From an uncultured Actinomycetes bacterium (GTDB lineage: Bacteria > Actinomycetota > Actinomycetes > Nanopelagicales > Nanopelagicaceae): a stretch of 64,000 bases of DNA. The stretch covers positions 129 through 64,128 of the forward strand of contig CALMJB010000032.1 in the NCBI GenBank assembly GCA_937864205.1, written 5' to 3'. Below, one piece after another: positions 50,687 through 61,310 of this stretch. Position 1 is the stretch's first letter, and each line of letters opens with the position of its first letter. A program made the position numbers and the translations under genes. The notes beneath the pieces were generated by a model. That model was not told the origin of the DNA and searched no databases. It saw nothing but the letters and a program-made list of their open reading frames with translations.

Positions 50687-51039
50687 CGCTTCTTTGTGAC
50701 CGTTACAGAAATATCTTTAAAAGTTATGGTTATTGGCGCCCAAGGTTTATGTACGGTGACTTTCGCTTCAGTGACTAATTTAAATTCGCGCAGGATTCTG
50801 GTGGCAATTTGATCGGCTAGTTTCTCGATTAAATTTCGACTTTTGCCACTCACCTCTTCATTTACTAGATCAATTACTTTTGAATAATCCACTACTGATT
50901 TAATTTCATCCTGTTTAACATTGCCATTAACTTTTAATGCTAGGTCAACTACAAACTTTTGTCCGCTGCGCTTTTCTGCAGGTAAAACTCCGTGAAAACC
51001 TTTTACCGAGATTCCGGTGATATCGATTTGATAACTCAT
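50683..51039 (-). CDS. folB: dihydroneopterin aldolase
   Basis: 118 aa; GFHGVLPAEKRSGQKFVVDL; ATGA-coupled to folP and folK. Confidence 0.85.
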   Translation of the reverse strand: MSYQIDITGISVKGFHGVLPAEKRSGQKFVVDLALKVNGNVKQDEIKSVVDYSKVIDLVNEEVSGKSRNLIEKLADQIATRILREFKLVTEAKVTVHKPWAPITITFKDISVTVTKKR

Positions 51040-51833
51040 TTTTGTAACTCTTCTACTACCGCAATCGCATCGCGATGTGCTTTGACTGAGTGAGTTCTAA
51101 CCGCCCAAACTCCAAGTCGAGCAAGTTCGGTGGTTAAAGCAATAGTGGCAGATTCGCGATCATCTGGATCGTTAGCTCCTATTAATTCGCCAAGAAATCG
51201 CTTGCGCGATACTCCGACTAAGAGTGGGAAACCGAGCATCTGAAACCTTTGGATGTTTCGCAGAATTTCCCAATTATGTTCTGGAAGTTTTGCAAATCCG
51301 ATTCCCGGATCAAGAATTATCTGATCTGGCGACACTTTTGCTTTCAAAAGTTGGGCAACTCGCTCATCTAATTCTTTTTTCACATCCTTAACTACATCCT
51401 CATACTCCGCTTTTAATTGCATCTGATCAGAGTGACCACGCCAGTGCATGCACACATATTGAACATTTGGATTTCGTGAAATTAGTTTTGCCATTTTTTC
51501 ATCCGCTAGTCCGCCGCTAACATCATTTACATATTTGGCTCCGGCGCCGATAGCTGCCTCTGCAGTTTTTGACCTCATGGTGTCGATACTTACATTTGCA
51601 CCAATTGAAACTAATTCGGTTACAACTGGAACAACTCTTTCAATTTCTTCTTGCTCGGTAACTCGAGCTGCTCCGGGACGCGTTGATTCGCCACCCACAT
51701 CGATAATGTCTACACCTTCACTAATCATCTCTTTTGCCCGTTCAATGGCATTTTCAAAGGAAAAGAATTTGCCACCATCGGCAAAGGAATCTGGCGTGAT
51801 ATTTAAAATCCCCATTACCAGTGTGCGTTCCAT
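51036..51833 (-). CDS. folP: dihydropteroate synthase
   Basis: MGILNITPDSFADGG and IIDVGGESTRPG. Confidence 0.92.
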   Translation of the reverse strand: MERTLVMGILNITPDSFADGGKFFSFENAIERAKEMISEGVDIIDVGGESTRPGAARVTEQEEIERVVPVVTELVSIGANVSIDTMRSKTAEAAIGAGAKYVNDVSGGLADEKMAKLISRNPNVQYVCMHWRGHSDQMQLKAEYEDVVKDVKKELDERVAQLLKAKVSPDQIILDPGIGFAKLPEHNWEILRNIQRFQMLGFPLLVGVSRKRFLGELIGANDPDDRESATIALTTELARLGVWAVRTHSVKAHRDAIAVVEELQK

Positions 51834-51838
51834 AAGGA

Positions 51839-52462
51839 CTACTTATCGTTGAAATTAATTAATGAAATTGCTTCAGATCTAGTTGCTGGATTTAATAATT
51901 GACCGCGCACCGCACTTGTTGTGGTTCTGGCTTGAGATTTTTTTACTCCGCGCATAGACATACATAAATGTTCACAATCGATAATCACAATTACTCCACC
52001 AGGTTGTAATAATTCAACTAATGCATCTGCAATTTGTGAAGTGAGTCGTTCTTGAACCTGTGGTCTACGGGCATACATATCTACCAGCCGGGCAATTTTA
52101 GATAAACCAGTGATTCGGCCGGATTCACCTGGGATATAACCAACATGCGCAACGCCATGAAACGGAGTCAAATGATGTTCGCAGTGAGAAAAAACTTCGA
52201 TATCTCTTACGATTACCAACTCTTTATGGCCAATATCAAATGTAGTAGTAAGTATCTCGTTTGGTTTTTGACGTAGTCCGGCAAAATTTTCATATAGAGA
52301 TTTAGCAACTCGCTTTGGAGTGTCCTTTAATCCATCTCTGGTTGGATCTTCACCTATCGCAATCAATAACTCAGTAATTGCTTTTTCGGCTTTAGCAAAA
52401 TCAAACTCACTTTTAGCGCCACCATCATTTGGTCCCATAGCAACCGAATTGATTTCGCTCAT
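51839..52462 (-). CDS. folE: GTP cyclohydrolase I
   Basis: [11 protein letters not shown] and [11 protein letters not shown] zinc/active-site motifs. Confidence 0.93.
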   Translation of the reverse strand: MSEINSVAMGPNDGGAKSEFDFAKAEKAITELLIAIGEDPTRDGLKDTPKRVAKSLYENFAGLRQKPNEILTTTFDIGHKELVIVRDIEVFSHCEHHLTPFHGVAHVGYIPGESGRITGLSKIARLVDMYARRPQVQERLTSQIADALVELLQPGGVIVIIDCEHLCMSMRGVKKSQARTTTSAVRGQLLNPATRSEAISLINFNDK

Positions 52463-52469
52463 TTGCTAT

Positions 52470-54614
52470 TTACTCAGGATCTTTTTTTGTCTGAGATTTC
52501 TTAGTCGACTTATCTTTAGAAACGCCATTTAAATTTGTTGGTTGAGTTATTTGGGTTGATTGGGCCGGCTTTAGTTCAACTGGCGGAATATCTGATGGCA
52601 CTCGACGAGCCGAACCTGTCCATGCAGGTCGGGGTTTAATTTTTCTAACTTTTGCAAATATTTTTTCAATCTCTTCCTTATTTAAAGTCTCTTTCTCAAG
52701 CAAAATTTCTACCAAGTTATCTAACACCGCTCTATTTGCAACCAAAATATCAAATGCCTCTTGATGGGCATTTTCTATTAACGCGCGGATTTCAGCATCG
52801 ACAACTGCCGCAACATCCTCGGAATAATCACGTTGATGGCCATAGTCGCGCCCAAGGAAAGGTTGTGAATCGCTAACTCCTAATTTAATTGCACCAAGAC
52901 GTTGCGTCATTCCGTATTGAGTAACCATGGCACGAGCGAGATTCGTTGCTTTTTCAATATCATTTGATGCACCAGTAGTTGGATCATGGAAAACCAACTC
53001 TTCAGCGGCACGACCGCCCATCGTGTACGCCAATTGATCCAACATTTGATTTCGAGTGACGGCGTAACGATCTTCATCTGGCAAAACCATTGTGTAACCA
53101 AGTGCGCGACCTCTTGGCATGATTGTGATTTTATGAACCGGATCAGTATGTGGCAGGGCATCGGCAACCAATGCATGTCCGCCTTCGTGATACGCGGTAA
53201 TTCGACGTTCTTCTTCAGTCATTAACCTAGTTGCCCGTTGTGGTCCAGCCATTACACGATCTATCGCTTCATCCAGATCTGAACTGTTTACAACTTTCCG
53301 ATTTTGTCTGGCTGCAAGTAATGCCGCTTCATTTAATACATTTGCTAGATCTGCACCGGTGAATCCAGGAGTGCGTTTTGCAAATGAGTTTAGATCTACC
53401 TCTTTTGAAATTGGTTTATTTTTTGCATGCACCGCCAAAATTGCAGAACGTCCCTTTAAATCCGGACGGTCAACTGGAATTTGTCGATCAAATCTTCCGG
53501 GGCGAAGCAGTGCTGGATCTAAAACATCTGGTCGATTGGTCGCCGCAATCATGATTACTTGACCATTTGCCTCAAAGCCATCCATTTCTACCAATAATTG
53601 ATTAAGTGTTTGTTCTCTTTCATCGTGGCCACCACCCAAACCAGCACCACGTTGTCTACCAACTGCATCAATTTCGTCAACAAAAACTATTGCTGGCGCA
53701 TTTGCTTTTGCTTGCAAGAACAAATCGCGCACGCGCGCGGCACCAACACCAACAAACATTTCTACAAACTCTGAACCAGAAATTGAATAAAACGGAACAT
53801 TTGCTTCCCCTGCAACTGCGCGTGCTAGCAACGTTTTTCCAGTGCCTGGCGGACCATAAAGCAAGACACCTTTAGGAATCTTCGCACCAATTGCTTGATA
53901 CTTTGCCGGATCAGATAAAAAGTCTTTGATTTCGCGAAGCTCTGCTACTGCCTCGTCTGCTCCTGCGACATCAGCAAAAGTATTTTTAGGCATCTCTTTA
54001 GTTTGTAACTTCGCTCTAGATCTACCAAATGAGAAAACTCGATTACCTTGCGCGCCACCTGTAAACATAAGTAACAAGAAAATGATCAACAAAATAGGAA
54101 GAATGCTCATTAATAATGAAACAAACAGATTTTGAGTAGGTACCGTTACATTCCAGTCAGTTTCAGGCGGATTACTAGTTAATAAAGAAACCAATACAGG
54201 TTCTTGACCACTGACATATGACGCCTCTAATTTAGAAGAGCCTTTTACAAATTCACCACTTTTTAGAACAATGCGAATTTTTTGATCGCGATCAATAATC
54301 AACGCGGATTTCACTTTATCGGTTGAAATTAATTCAATTATCTTTGAGGTTGATACCTTTTCAAACTGTTGACCAGAAGCGGAAATTTGTCCAAACACAC
54401 TCACTAAAATTAAAGCTGCGATTATCCAAAATAGTGGCCCACGAATTACCCGCCGCCAACCCGTCCGCTTGCTAGAAGTTTTATTTCCTTTTGGTAGTTT
54501 GATTGAATTTGGCAGTTTTATTTGTTTTTTTGCAGAATCTTTGCCCGAATCCTTATTTGTACTATTTTCCTTAGGCTTCTCTTGAAGCTTTGTGGAATCT
54601 TTCTTTTCCGACAC
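52470..54614 (-). CDS. ftsH: ATP-dependent zinc metalloprotease FtsH
   Basis: Walker [12 protein letters not shown]; SRH; HEGGHAL zinc motif; GTG start preceded by AGGTAGG; Lys-rich N-terminal extension. Confidence 0.95.
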   Translation of the reverse strand: MSEKKDSTKLQEKPKENSTNKDSGKDSAKKQIKLPNSIKLPKGNKTSSKRTGWRRVIRGPLFWIIAALILVSVFGQISASGQQFEKVSTSKIIELISTDKVKSALIIDRDQKIRIVLKSGEFVKGSSKLEASYVSGQEPVLVSLLTSNPPETDWNVTVPTQNLFVSLLMSILPILLIIFLLLMFTGGAQGNRVFSFGRSRAKLQTKEMPKNTFADVAGADEAVAELREIKDFLSDPAKYQAIGAKIPKGVLLYGPPGTGKTLLARAVAGEANVPFYSISGSEFVEMFVGVGAARVRDLFLQAKANAPAIVFVDEIDAVGRQRGAGLGGGHDEREQTLNQLLVEMDGFEANGQVIMIAATNRPDVLDPALLRPGRFDRQIPVDRPDLKGRSAILAVHAKNKPISKEVDLNSFAKRTPGFTGADLANVLNEAALLAARQNRKVVNSSDLDEAIDRVMAGPQRATRLMTEEERRITAYHEGGHALVADALPHTDPVHKITIMPRGRALGYTMVLPDEDRYAVTRNQMLDQLAYTMGGRAAEELVFHDPTTGASNDIEKATNLARAMVTQYGMTQRLGAIKLGVSDSQPFLGRDYGHQRDYSEDVAAVVDAEIRALIENAHQEAFDILVANRAVLDNLVEILLEKETLNKEEIEKIFAKVRKIKPRPAWTGSARRVPSDIPPVELKPAQSTQITQPTNLNGVSKDKSTKKSQTKKDPE

Positions 54615-54692
54615 CGATACCTACCTATTGCTCTGCTGTTAAATTCTTAAATTGAATTATTGGAATTAATTTGTGGTTAACAAAATAAGGGC

Positions 54693-55244
54693 TTAAGAAT
54701 AAAGGTGTTTGGCAAGAACGCCAATAAAAGGGAGATTCCGATACTTTTCATTGAAATCTAAGCCGTAACCGACTACGAATTCAGAAGGGATATCAAACCC
54801 AACATACTTTGGATTTACCGAGACTTTTGCAGCATCGGGTTTGCGCAGCACGGTCAGAATATTTACCGATTTAGCACCACGAGATGTCAGATTTTCAGTT
54901 AACCAAGAAAGTGTTAATCCGGTATCGAGAATATCTTCGATAATTAAAACCTCTCGATTAAGAATATCTTTATCTAAATCTTTCAAAATTCTAACTACAC
55001 CGCTGGATTGTGTTCCAGCTCCATATGAAGAAACCGCCATCCAATCCATATCGATATGGCGTTGTAAATGTCTTGAAAAATCAGCCATTGCCATGACCGC
55101 ACCTTTTAAAACTCCGATTAAGAGTAGGTCTCGACCTTCATAATCTTTTTCAACTTGAGCCGCCAACTCTTTCAGACGTTTTTGAATCTGCTCTTCGGTG
55201 ACAACCACTTTTTCGATATCGCCAGAGATTTTAGAAAGCTCCAC
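54693..55244 (-). CDS. hpt: hypoxanthine phosphoribosyltransferase
   Basis: PRPP motif VLIIEDILDTGLT; GTG start with GAGGAG SD. Confidence 0.92.
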   Translation of the reverse strand: MELSKISGDIEKVVVTEEQIQKRLKELAAQVEKDYEGRDLLLIGVLKGAVMAMADFSRHLQRHIDMDWMAVSSYGAGTQSSGVVRILKDLDKDILNREVLIIEDILDTGLTLSWLTENLTSRGAKSVNILTVLRKPDAAKVSVNPKYVGFDIPSEFVVGYGLDFNEKYRNLPFIGVLAKHLYS

Positions 55245-55269
55245 TTGCGGAAGACACTCCTCTTGATAA

Positions 55270-56265
55270 CTAATCTGATTTGGAAAGGACTATTGTGCCT
55301 GAATTACGTAAAACCTTCACATTGCCCGGTAGTGAAGTGACACCCTGCCCATGCCAGTCGGTAAAAAACGCCTCAACTGCAAAAATCATATCGGCGGTTA
55401 AAGATCCAGATGGCGCTCCGATTTCATAGATTGCTAAACGCAACACCCGCGCTCTTACTGCTCGATGTAATTTTAAAAGTAGATCTACATTCAGTTCAAT
55501 ACTTTCTAATTTCCCAGATTTATCCACTTTATGAAAATCTTTCAGGTTTTCATTCCAAAATTGATTTGCCTGTTCATCTAATGCATCCGCATCTAATCTC
55601 ATTAATGCCGCAGATCTCGCTAACGAATCAACAACTTTTTCGCCAACATTTTCCATCAAGTTTGGAATAACTCTCTTTCGAATTTTTACCCTAGCAAATC
55701 TTTCATCTTAGTTGTGCGGATCTTGCCAAGGTGTAACTCCTGCCTCGACACAAGCCGCTTCGGTATCGGCTCTAGATAAATTCAGTAATGGCCGAATAAA
55801 TTTTCCATTTTGTTCAGGCATTCCAGAAAGTGATCTGGTCCCAGATCCACGTAACAAACCTAAAATCACATTTTCTGCTTGATCGTTTTTAGTATGCGCT
55901 AAAAATAAATACTTTGCGTTGTATGAATCGATGAACTCATTAAAGATTTGATATCTGGCTCTCCTCGCCGAAGCTTCGAGGCCATCAGTAATTTCGATAT
56001 TTGCCTTGGCACTTTCACATTTTTGATATCCGATTTTCTTCAATGTTTGCAAGGTCTGTTCAGTAACTTCTGCCGAATTAATTTGTAAGCCATGGTCAAT
56101 CACTACTGGAATTACCTTTGAATTTTTTCCTTCTGCAAAGAGGGCAATGGCTAAAGCCAATGAGTCTGCACCACCAGAACAGCCGAACAAATAAGTTTGA
56201 TTTGATTCAATTAACCATGGTCGAACAGCTTTTCTAATTTGCCAAAGTTGTCCGCTCACCAGCAA
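55270..56265 (-). pseudogene. tilS: tRNA(Ile)-lysidine synthase interrupted by a single in-frame TAA at 55708-55710 (nonsense mutation, split gene or assembly error)
   Basis: ORFs 55708..56265 (PP-loop GCSGGADSLAL) and 55270..55659 share one frame; read-through gives WQDPHN-stop-DERFARVKIRKRVIPNL, a continuous TilS motif. Confidence 0.8.
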
Positions 56266-56268
56266 AGA

Positions 56269-57498
56269 CTAAACCCGACCTCCGTATGGCATTAATCCTT
56301 TGATGCTATAGATACTGGAGTACAGCAAATCTTTATCTTTTGAATGCGCTTCCCACATCATGCCGTTACCTGCGTAAATTGCGATGTGGTGAATTTTTCC
56401 AACGGTTCCGTTGTATGAATAAAAAATCAAATCTCCAGGTACTAATTGAGTTAACGGAACACGTTTAGTTGCAACCCAATACAAAGAAGAGTTAAGTCGA
56501 TCCCAATTAGGCCAACCTAATCCGGCGGAACGATAAGCAGCGTAAACCAATCCAGAACAATCAAAACTATTTGGACCTTCTGCGCCCCACACATATGGCT
56601 TTTTCGCTTCAACTTGAATCTTTGCAAATGCAACCGCAGCATCGCGCATATCTTGCGTGCTTCTTATAGTTGATCTACCGGTGAAACCGATATCGGGCCA
56701 AATTTTTGCTTGATTTGGAATCTGCAAAGCCATATCGGCATTTGCTTCTTCAAGTTCACTTAATTGTCGTTGTTGTTCAAGAGTTAGCCGAACTTTTTGC
56801 GCAGCTGCAAGCTCTTTAGCTAATTGATCTTGAATCGCTTGCAACCGATCTACTTCTGCTTGCTGTAAAGATTTTGCTTCATCAGCTGCCTGTTTTGCAA
56901 TCGCAACTTTTTGAGTTGCGCTGGCTTGAATCTTTTGCGCCTTATCAGCTTTATCTTTTGCATTTGCTGCGATTACTGCAGCATCTTGATATCTAGATAA
57001 CGCCGCTGAATTATTCGCACCGATTGCATCTAATCCAGATAATCGATCCGCTAAATCTTGGGGGCCATCTGCTTGTAAAACTGAATCGAGTGCTGTGAAT
57101 CCTCCACCTGAAACATAAGCTAGGTTTGCAATACGACCAATTTTTTGATTTGCCGAATTTACCGATGACTGTGCCTGTTTTAATTGCGAATTTGCGATAT
57201 TGGCATTCTTAGTTGCGATATTTAACTCTTGTTGAGCTTTTTGGTATTCCTTAGCTTTAGTTGCCGCCACTGATTTCAATTGTTTTAAAGTTTGATTTGC
57301 TTTATTTAATTTTGCAGCCGCTGCGTCAGCCGCTGCTTTTTTATCTGCCTCAATTTTCTTCGCAGCATCTATCTCTTGTTGGGTAGGTTTTTTAGTCGGA
57401 GTTGCAGCAGCATTATAAAAAGAAAAGGAGAGTGAAAAAGTGAAAATCAAAAGCAGTGAAAAATAGAATCTAATCTTTTGTGATAAACAGATTTTCAC
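56269..57498 (-). CDS. secreted NlpC/P60 (C40) peptidoglycan endopeptidase with long N-terminal coiled coil (RipA-like architecture)
   Basis: Signal peptide; about 230 aa of Ala/Lys/Gln-rich heptad-like sequence; catalytic FDCSGLVYAAY and HHIAIYAG; GTG start with AGGAG SD. Confidence 0.85.
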   Translation of the reverse strand: MKICLSQKIRFYFSLLLIFTFSLSFSFYNAAATPTKKPTQQEIDAAKKIEADKKAAADAAAAKLNKANQTLKQLKSVAATKAKEYQKAQQELNIATKNANIANSQLKQAQSSVNSANQKIGRIANLAYVSGGGFTALDSVLQADGPQDLADRLSGLDAIGANNSAALSRYQDAAVIAANAKDKADKAQKIQASATQKVAIAKQAADEAKSLQQAEVDRLQAIQDQLAKELAAAQKVRLTLEQQRQLSELEEANADMALQIPNQAKIWPDIGFTGRSTIRSTQDMRDAAVAFAKIQVEAKKPYVWGAEGPNSFDCSGLVYAAYRSAGLGWPNWDRLNSSLYWVATKRVPLTQLVPGDLIFYSYNGTVGKIHHIAIYAGNGMMWEAHSKDKDLLYSSIYSIKGLMPYGGRV

Positions 57499-57569
57499 TT
57501 TGACTTACGCTCCTAAAGTGATTGATGAAGCGGGGGAATGAAAGAAGGTTACCGATTAAACCTTAAAAT

Positions 57570-58361
57570 TTAATTAGCGACATCCCGGCGTTTAAATAAA
57601 AATGCAACTAAAACTAACCCGAGTAACAAAATCGAATAACTGCCAAACAACGCATACTTATATGAGATTTTTTCTGTTCCACCCACCGCCACAACCGATA
57701 GAAGTTGTCCGGGGAAGTACTTATCGATATTTTTCACAACTGCGCTCAATAACCCTTCAATTATTAAGATCCAGATAACGCCAATCGATATCGATGAGAT
57801 TGGTGATCTAAACAGCAACCCTAAGATCATGCCGAACAGACCAAAGCCAATCGTAGAAATCAAAACGTTCAATAAACCTTGCTGAATTGCCAGTCGCCCA
57901 TCTGAATTTGTCCAAAGGGCCGTTGAAACTTTTGCGGTTGGTGCCAATGCGTATGAGAGCCCAATACTTACAATTGCTGAAAAAATTACCATTACGATTG
58001 CAAATATTTTCATAGCAGCTAATTTGCCAAATAAAATTTTCATTCGACTTGGTTGACGAACCAATAGATTTCGCAAGGTTCCATATGTATATTCCTGAGC
58101 AGTTTGTGCTGCAAATATGCACAATGCCACCACGCCCAACAAAGTTGCTGAGTTATTGAATCCCACAACTACCCCGCTTGGTAATTGCAAAATCTCTCGC
58201 GAAATCCGCTGACCTTCTCGAGCATTTCCTTGTGGCGAATCAATCAATAGGAAAAGTAATGAAGTTACTAAGGAAGATGTGCCAATCACTGTGAGAATTG
58301 TCGAGAGTGAAAGTGATGGGCGTCTTAATTTTCGTAGCTCTGCCCTTATAACTTTAAGCAT
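57570..58361 (-). CDS. ABC-2-type transporter permease
   Basis: 263 aa, about six TM helices; 8-nt overlap with the upstream ATPase gene. Confidence 0.7.
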   Translation of the reverse strand: MLKVIRAELRKLRRPSLSLSTILTVIGTSSLVTSLLFLLIDSPQGNAREGQRISREILQLPSGVVVGFNNSATLLGVVALCIFAAQTAQEYTYGTLRNLLVRQPSRMKILFGKLAAMKIFAIVMVIFSAIVSIGLSYALAPTAKVSTALWTNSDGRLAIQQGLLNVLISTIGFGLFGMILGLLFRSPISSISIGVIWILIIEGLLSAVVKNIDKYFPGQLLSVVAVGGTEKISYKYALFGSYSILLLGLVLVAFLFKRRDVAN

Positions 58362-59277
58362 TTGGTGAGCCAGTCATCTCAAAAAAAGTCTCTTCCAGTG
58401 TTGGTTTAATCGGGTTTAGCACAGATATAACAATCTGATTTTCAAAAGCCAATTTGTTAATACTTGCTGCTGCTGAAATAGGGGCAGAAATATGTAATTC
58501 ATCATTGATTAACTTAGATTCAAATTTATTTTGGCTGATTATTTGAGCCAATCTAGATAAATCGGCACTACGCTCTGTTTTTACAACGATAATCGGTTTA
58601 TGCGCTGAAAGTAAATCCTCTGTTTTTCCAGAAAAAACTACTTTTCCTTCTCGCAAAATTACTAAGTAATCACTAATCATCTCTATTTCACTTAACAAGT
58701 GAGAGGAAACAAACACCGAAACACCTTCATCGGCAAGTTGGCGCAATAGCGCGCGAATTTCTTGTATGCCGGCTGGATCTAAACCATTAGTCGGTTCATC
58801 TAAAATTAATAATTTAGGATTAGGTAATAGCGCAGCCGCTATTCCTAATCTTTGCTTCATTCCTAATGAATATGTTTTATATTTCGATTTTGATCGATCA
58901 CCTAAACCAACTTTTTCAAGTAGTGGTTGTACTCGATCTAACGGGAATCCTCCGATTGTCGCCAAGACCTTTAAATTTTCAGATCCACTAAGTGCGGGAT
59001 AAAAGGCTGGTCCTTCAATCATGGCGCCAACCCGCGGCAGATAGTTCTGTGGTTTGCTGATTTCCTCTGAAAGCACATGGCCTGACCCAGTAGTTGGATT
59101 TATTAATCCGAGCAACATACGAATAGTTGTAGTTTTGCCAGCCCCATTAGGACCGACGAATCCACAAATTGTTCCTAAAGGAATAGCAAAACTCGCGTGC
59201 GAAACCGCGAAACGTTCTTCATATTTCTTGCTTAAATCATTTACATCTAATGCCAGCAAATTGGATTGTTCAGCCAT
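58354..59277 (-). CDS. ABC transporter ATP-binding protein (DrrA-like)
   Basis: Walker A GPNGAGKTT, signature YSLGMKQR, Walker B LLILDEP; start trimmed to MAEQSN (ATG 59277). Confidence 0.88.
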   Translation of the reverse strand: MAEQSNLLALDVNDLSKKYEERFAVSHASFAIPLGTICGFVGPNGAGKTTTIRMLLGLINPTTGSGHVLSEEISKPQNYLPRVGAMIEGPAFYPALSGSENLKVLATIGGFPLDRVQPLLEKVGLGDRSKSKYKTYSLGMKQRLGIAAALLPNPKLLILDEPTNGLDPAGIQEIRALLRQLADEGVSVFVSSHLLSEIEMISDYLVILREGKVVFSGKTEDLLSAHKPIIVVKTERSADLSRLAQIISQNKFESKLINDELHISAPISAAASINKLAFENQIVISVLNPIKPTLEETFFEMTGSPNA

Positions 59278-60133
59278 TTGATATTTGTACCGCCCCAACA
59301 ACAAGTATTAATGAGTAAATACTTAAAAAAACTATAGAGGATTGAAATAGTTTTCCAGCCATTGCCGTATCTAACTCTTTTGAAACTTTTAGCAAATCTC
59401 TTTTCCACAGGATTATTAGAATCAAAGTCAACGCCAAGCACCACAATGGCAGTTTTGCGTTAAAAATCAATGCTAAGGCTGAGAGTGTCATTCCCAATGA
59501 ATGCAGCCATAACTGTAAGACGATTGATTTAGGTTTTGCCACCACAGGAAGCATCGGAAAATCTGCAGCTTCATAATCACTTTTATGTTTTATTGCCAAA
59601 GCCCAAAAATGCGGTGGTGTCCAAAAAAAGATTACTAAAAAGAACCAAATCGCAGTCACATCCAATTTATTTGTAATAGCAGCCCAACCAATTAAAACTG
59701 GCATACATCCAGCAATTCCACCCCAGACAATATTTTGAGAGGTTCTAGGTTTTAATAACAATGTATAACCAACCACATAAAATAAAATTGCAAATAAAGT
59801 AAGACTTGTTGCCAGCAAATTTGTAAATATAAAAATGATTGCCAACGATAAAATGCCAACTATCAAGGCAAAAATAAAAGCATTCTTTTTGCTAATAATT
59901 TTTTGAGCCGTTGGTCTCGTAGAAGTTCTCTTCATCAATAGATCTCGGTCAACTTCAATTGCCATATTAAAAGCATTAGCACTGCCGGCGGCCAGAGTTC
60001 CACCAATTACCGTTGCTAAAGCAATTTTCAAATTGGGAAATCCTTTGGCAGCTAAGAACATTGCTGGAATGGTCGTGATAACAAGTAATTCAACTACTCT
60101 TAATTTGAGCAAAACTAAATAATTTTTGATCAT
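59270..60133 (-). CDS. ctaB: protoheme IX farnesyltransferase (heme O synthase)
   Basis: UbiA-family motif NMAIEVDRDLLMKRT; PPHFWALA. Confidence 0.88.
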   Translation of the reverse strand: MIKNYLVLLKLRVVELLVITTIPAMFLAAKGFPNLKIALATVIGGTLAAGSANAFNMAIEVDRDLLMKRTSTRPTAQKIISKKNAFIFALIVGILSLAIIFIFTNLLATSLTLFAILFYVVGYTLLLKPRTSQNIVWGGIAGCMPVLIGWAAITNKLDVTAIWFFLVIFFWTPPHFWALAIKHKSDYEAADFPMLPVVAKPKSIVLQLWLHSLGMTLSALALIFNAKLPLWCLALTLILIILWKRDLLKVSKELDTAMAGKLFQSSIVFLSIYSLILVVGAVQISNG

Positions 60134-61287
60134 TAATTTAAAATTTCAGGAGTTGGTGCCTGCACATCTGTTTTTATCAAAATACTTAACATCCGATCAA
60201 TTGCTGCCCGAGCGGCATCCTGTCTGGATTTTCTACTACTGACATTGTTTGAAATTATTGCAAACACATATTCTTCATCTCGGGCAGATGCAAAACCTGC
60301 TAACGCAACTGTGTGCCTAGTTGAACCAGTTTTTGCTTTTACTAAACCTCTCGCGTCAGCTGCCGTTCCGTGGAATCGATTTACCAATGTGCCACTTTCA
60401 CCACTTGTAGGCAGTGAGTTGTACACAATCTGTAATTTTGGCTCTGTTCTAATTTTAAAAAGTAGTTCCACCAATGTACGCGGTGAGATTTGATCGGCAG
60501 AAGATAAGCCTGATGCATCCGCTAAATAAAGGCCGGCGTAATTGACTCCCAATTTTCCTAATTCTTGGATTGTAAATTCATTCATTCCGGTTTTAGTTTT
60601 CGGAAAACCACCTTTTTCTACCGCTAACATCATTAATCGTTGGGCTAAGACATTATCGCTATATAACAAACACCATTTGATCATGTTCTGTAATTGCGGT
60701 GATTGTGATTCTGAAATTTTCGAGACCGTTAACGAAGTTGGGTCTGTACCAACTGGAATTGCTTTTGCAGTTATATAAAGTTTTCTACCAAATGCTCGTT
60801 TGAGCGAGCGCATATCGGAATACTCAATCCCAGAGTAATTCACAGTGATGCGTTTTAATTTAGTTCCCGCAATCGCATCTTTTACAAGTTGTGGCAGATA
60901 TGTTCGCTTTGCTCGGTCTCGCTCTTTAGCGCTGGAGGTGACCCAAGGGTCGTTGTTACTAATTAAGGTGAAAACATTTGATTTATCAGTTGAATAAATT
61001 GCGGTAGTAAAAGTTGTAGTTGTGTCTAACACCATCGCGGCCATTGCGGCTGATACCAATTTAATTGTGGAAGCTGGTGCCTTGAGTTTGTCGCCGGCTT
61101 GATCAAACACCACTTCTGAGTTTGCTCGATTAACAATTAAAACACTGGGATTATTTAAGTACTTATTATTCAAATTCTTATAGAACTCTTGTGGCAGTGG
61201 ATTCGCTGCTTGGACACCTTGTGCAGTTAAGCCGATTAGTAAAAAGAGGGAAAGAAACGCAGCAATTAACCCTTTGGTTTTGCGCAT
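60133..61287 (-). CDS. dacB: D-alanyl-D-alanine carboxypeptidase/endopeptidase (PBP4, S13 family)
   Basis: Signal peptide; SxxK (ASTIKL), SxN (YSDN), KTG (AKTGST); GAGGAG SD. Confidence 0.82.
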   Translation of the reverse strand: MRKTKGLIAAFLSLFLLIGLTAQGVQAANPLPQEFYKNLNNKYLNNPSVLIVNRANSEVVFDQAGDKLKAPASTIKLVSAAMAAMVLDTTTTFTTAIYSTDKSNVFTLISNNDPWVTSSAKERDRAKRTYLPQLVKDAIAGTKLKRITVNYSGIEYSDMRSLKRAFGRKLYITAKAIPVGTDPTSLTVSKISESQSPQLQNMIKWCLLYSDNVLAQRLMMLAVEKGGFPKTKTGMNEFTIQELGKLGVNYAGLYLADASGLSSADQISPRTLVELLFKIRTEPKLQIVYNSLPTSGESGTLVNRFHGTAADARGLVKAKTGSTRHTVALAGFASARDEEYVFAIISNNVSSRKSRQDAARAAIDRMLSILIKTDVQAPTPEILN

Positions 61288-61310
61288 TAGATTCTCCTCA
61301 ATACCTTCAA

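Noticed and set aside
55708-55710. Stop-codon reassignment (TAA read as sense) as the explanation for the tilS interruption
   Set aside because: TAA clearly terminates other genes in the window at the expected protein ends (for example nuoA at 17185-17187, bS22 at 38421-38423, GNAT at 44100-44102). A genome-wide recoding is therefore not supported.
57499-57569. Expected a c-di-AMP (ydaO-type) riboswitch upstream of the NlpC/P60 gene; also a weak hairpin AAGGTT-n8-AACCTT (57545-57564) after the ABC permease stop
   Set aside because: The spacer is only 71 nt, too short for the riboswitch, and I see none of its conserved segments. The hairpin has 6 bp, mostly A/T, with only a partial U-run, so it is not a credible terminator.
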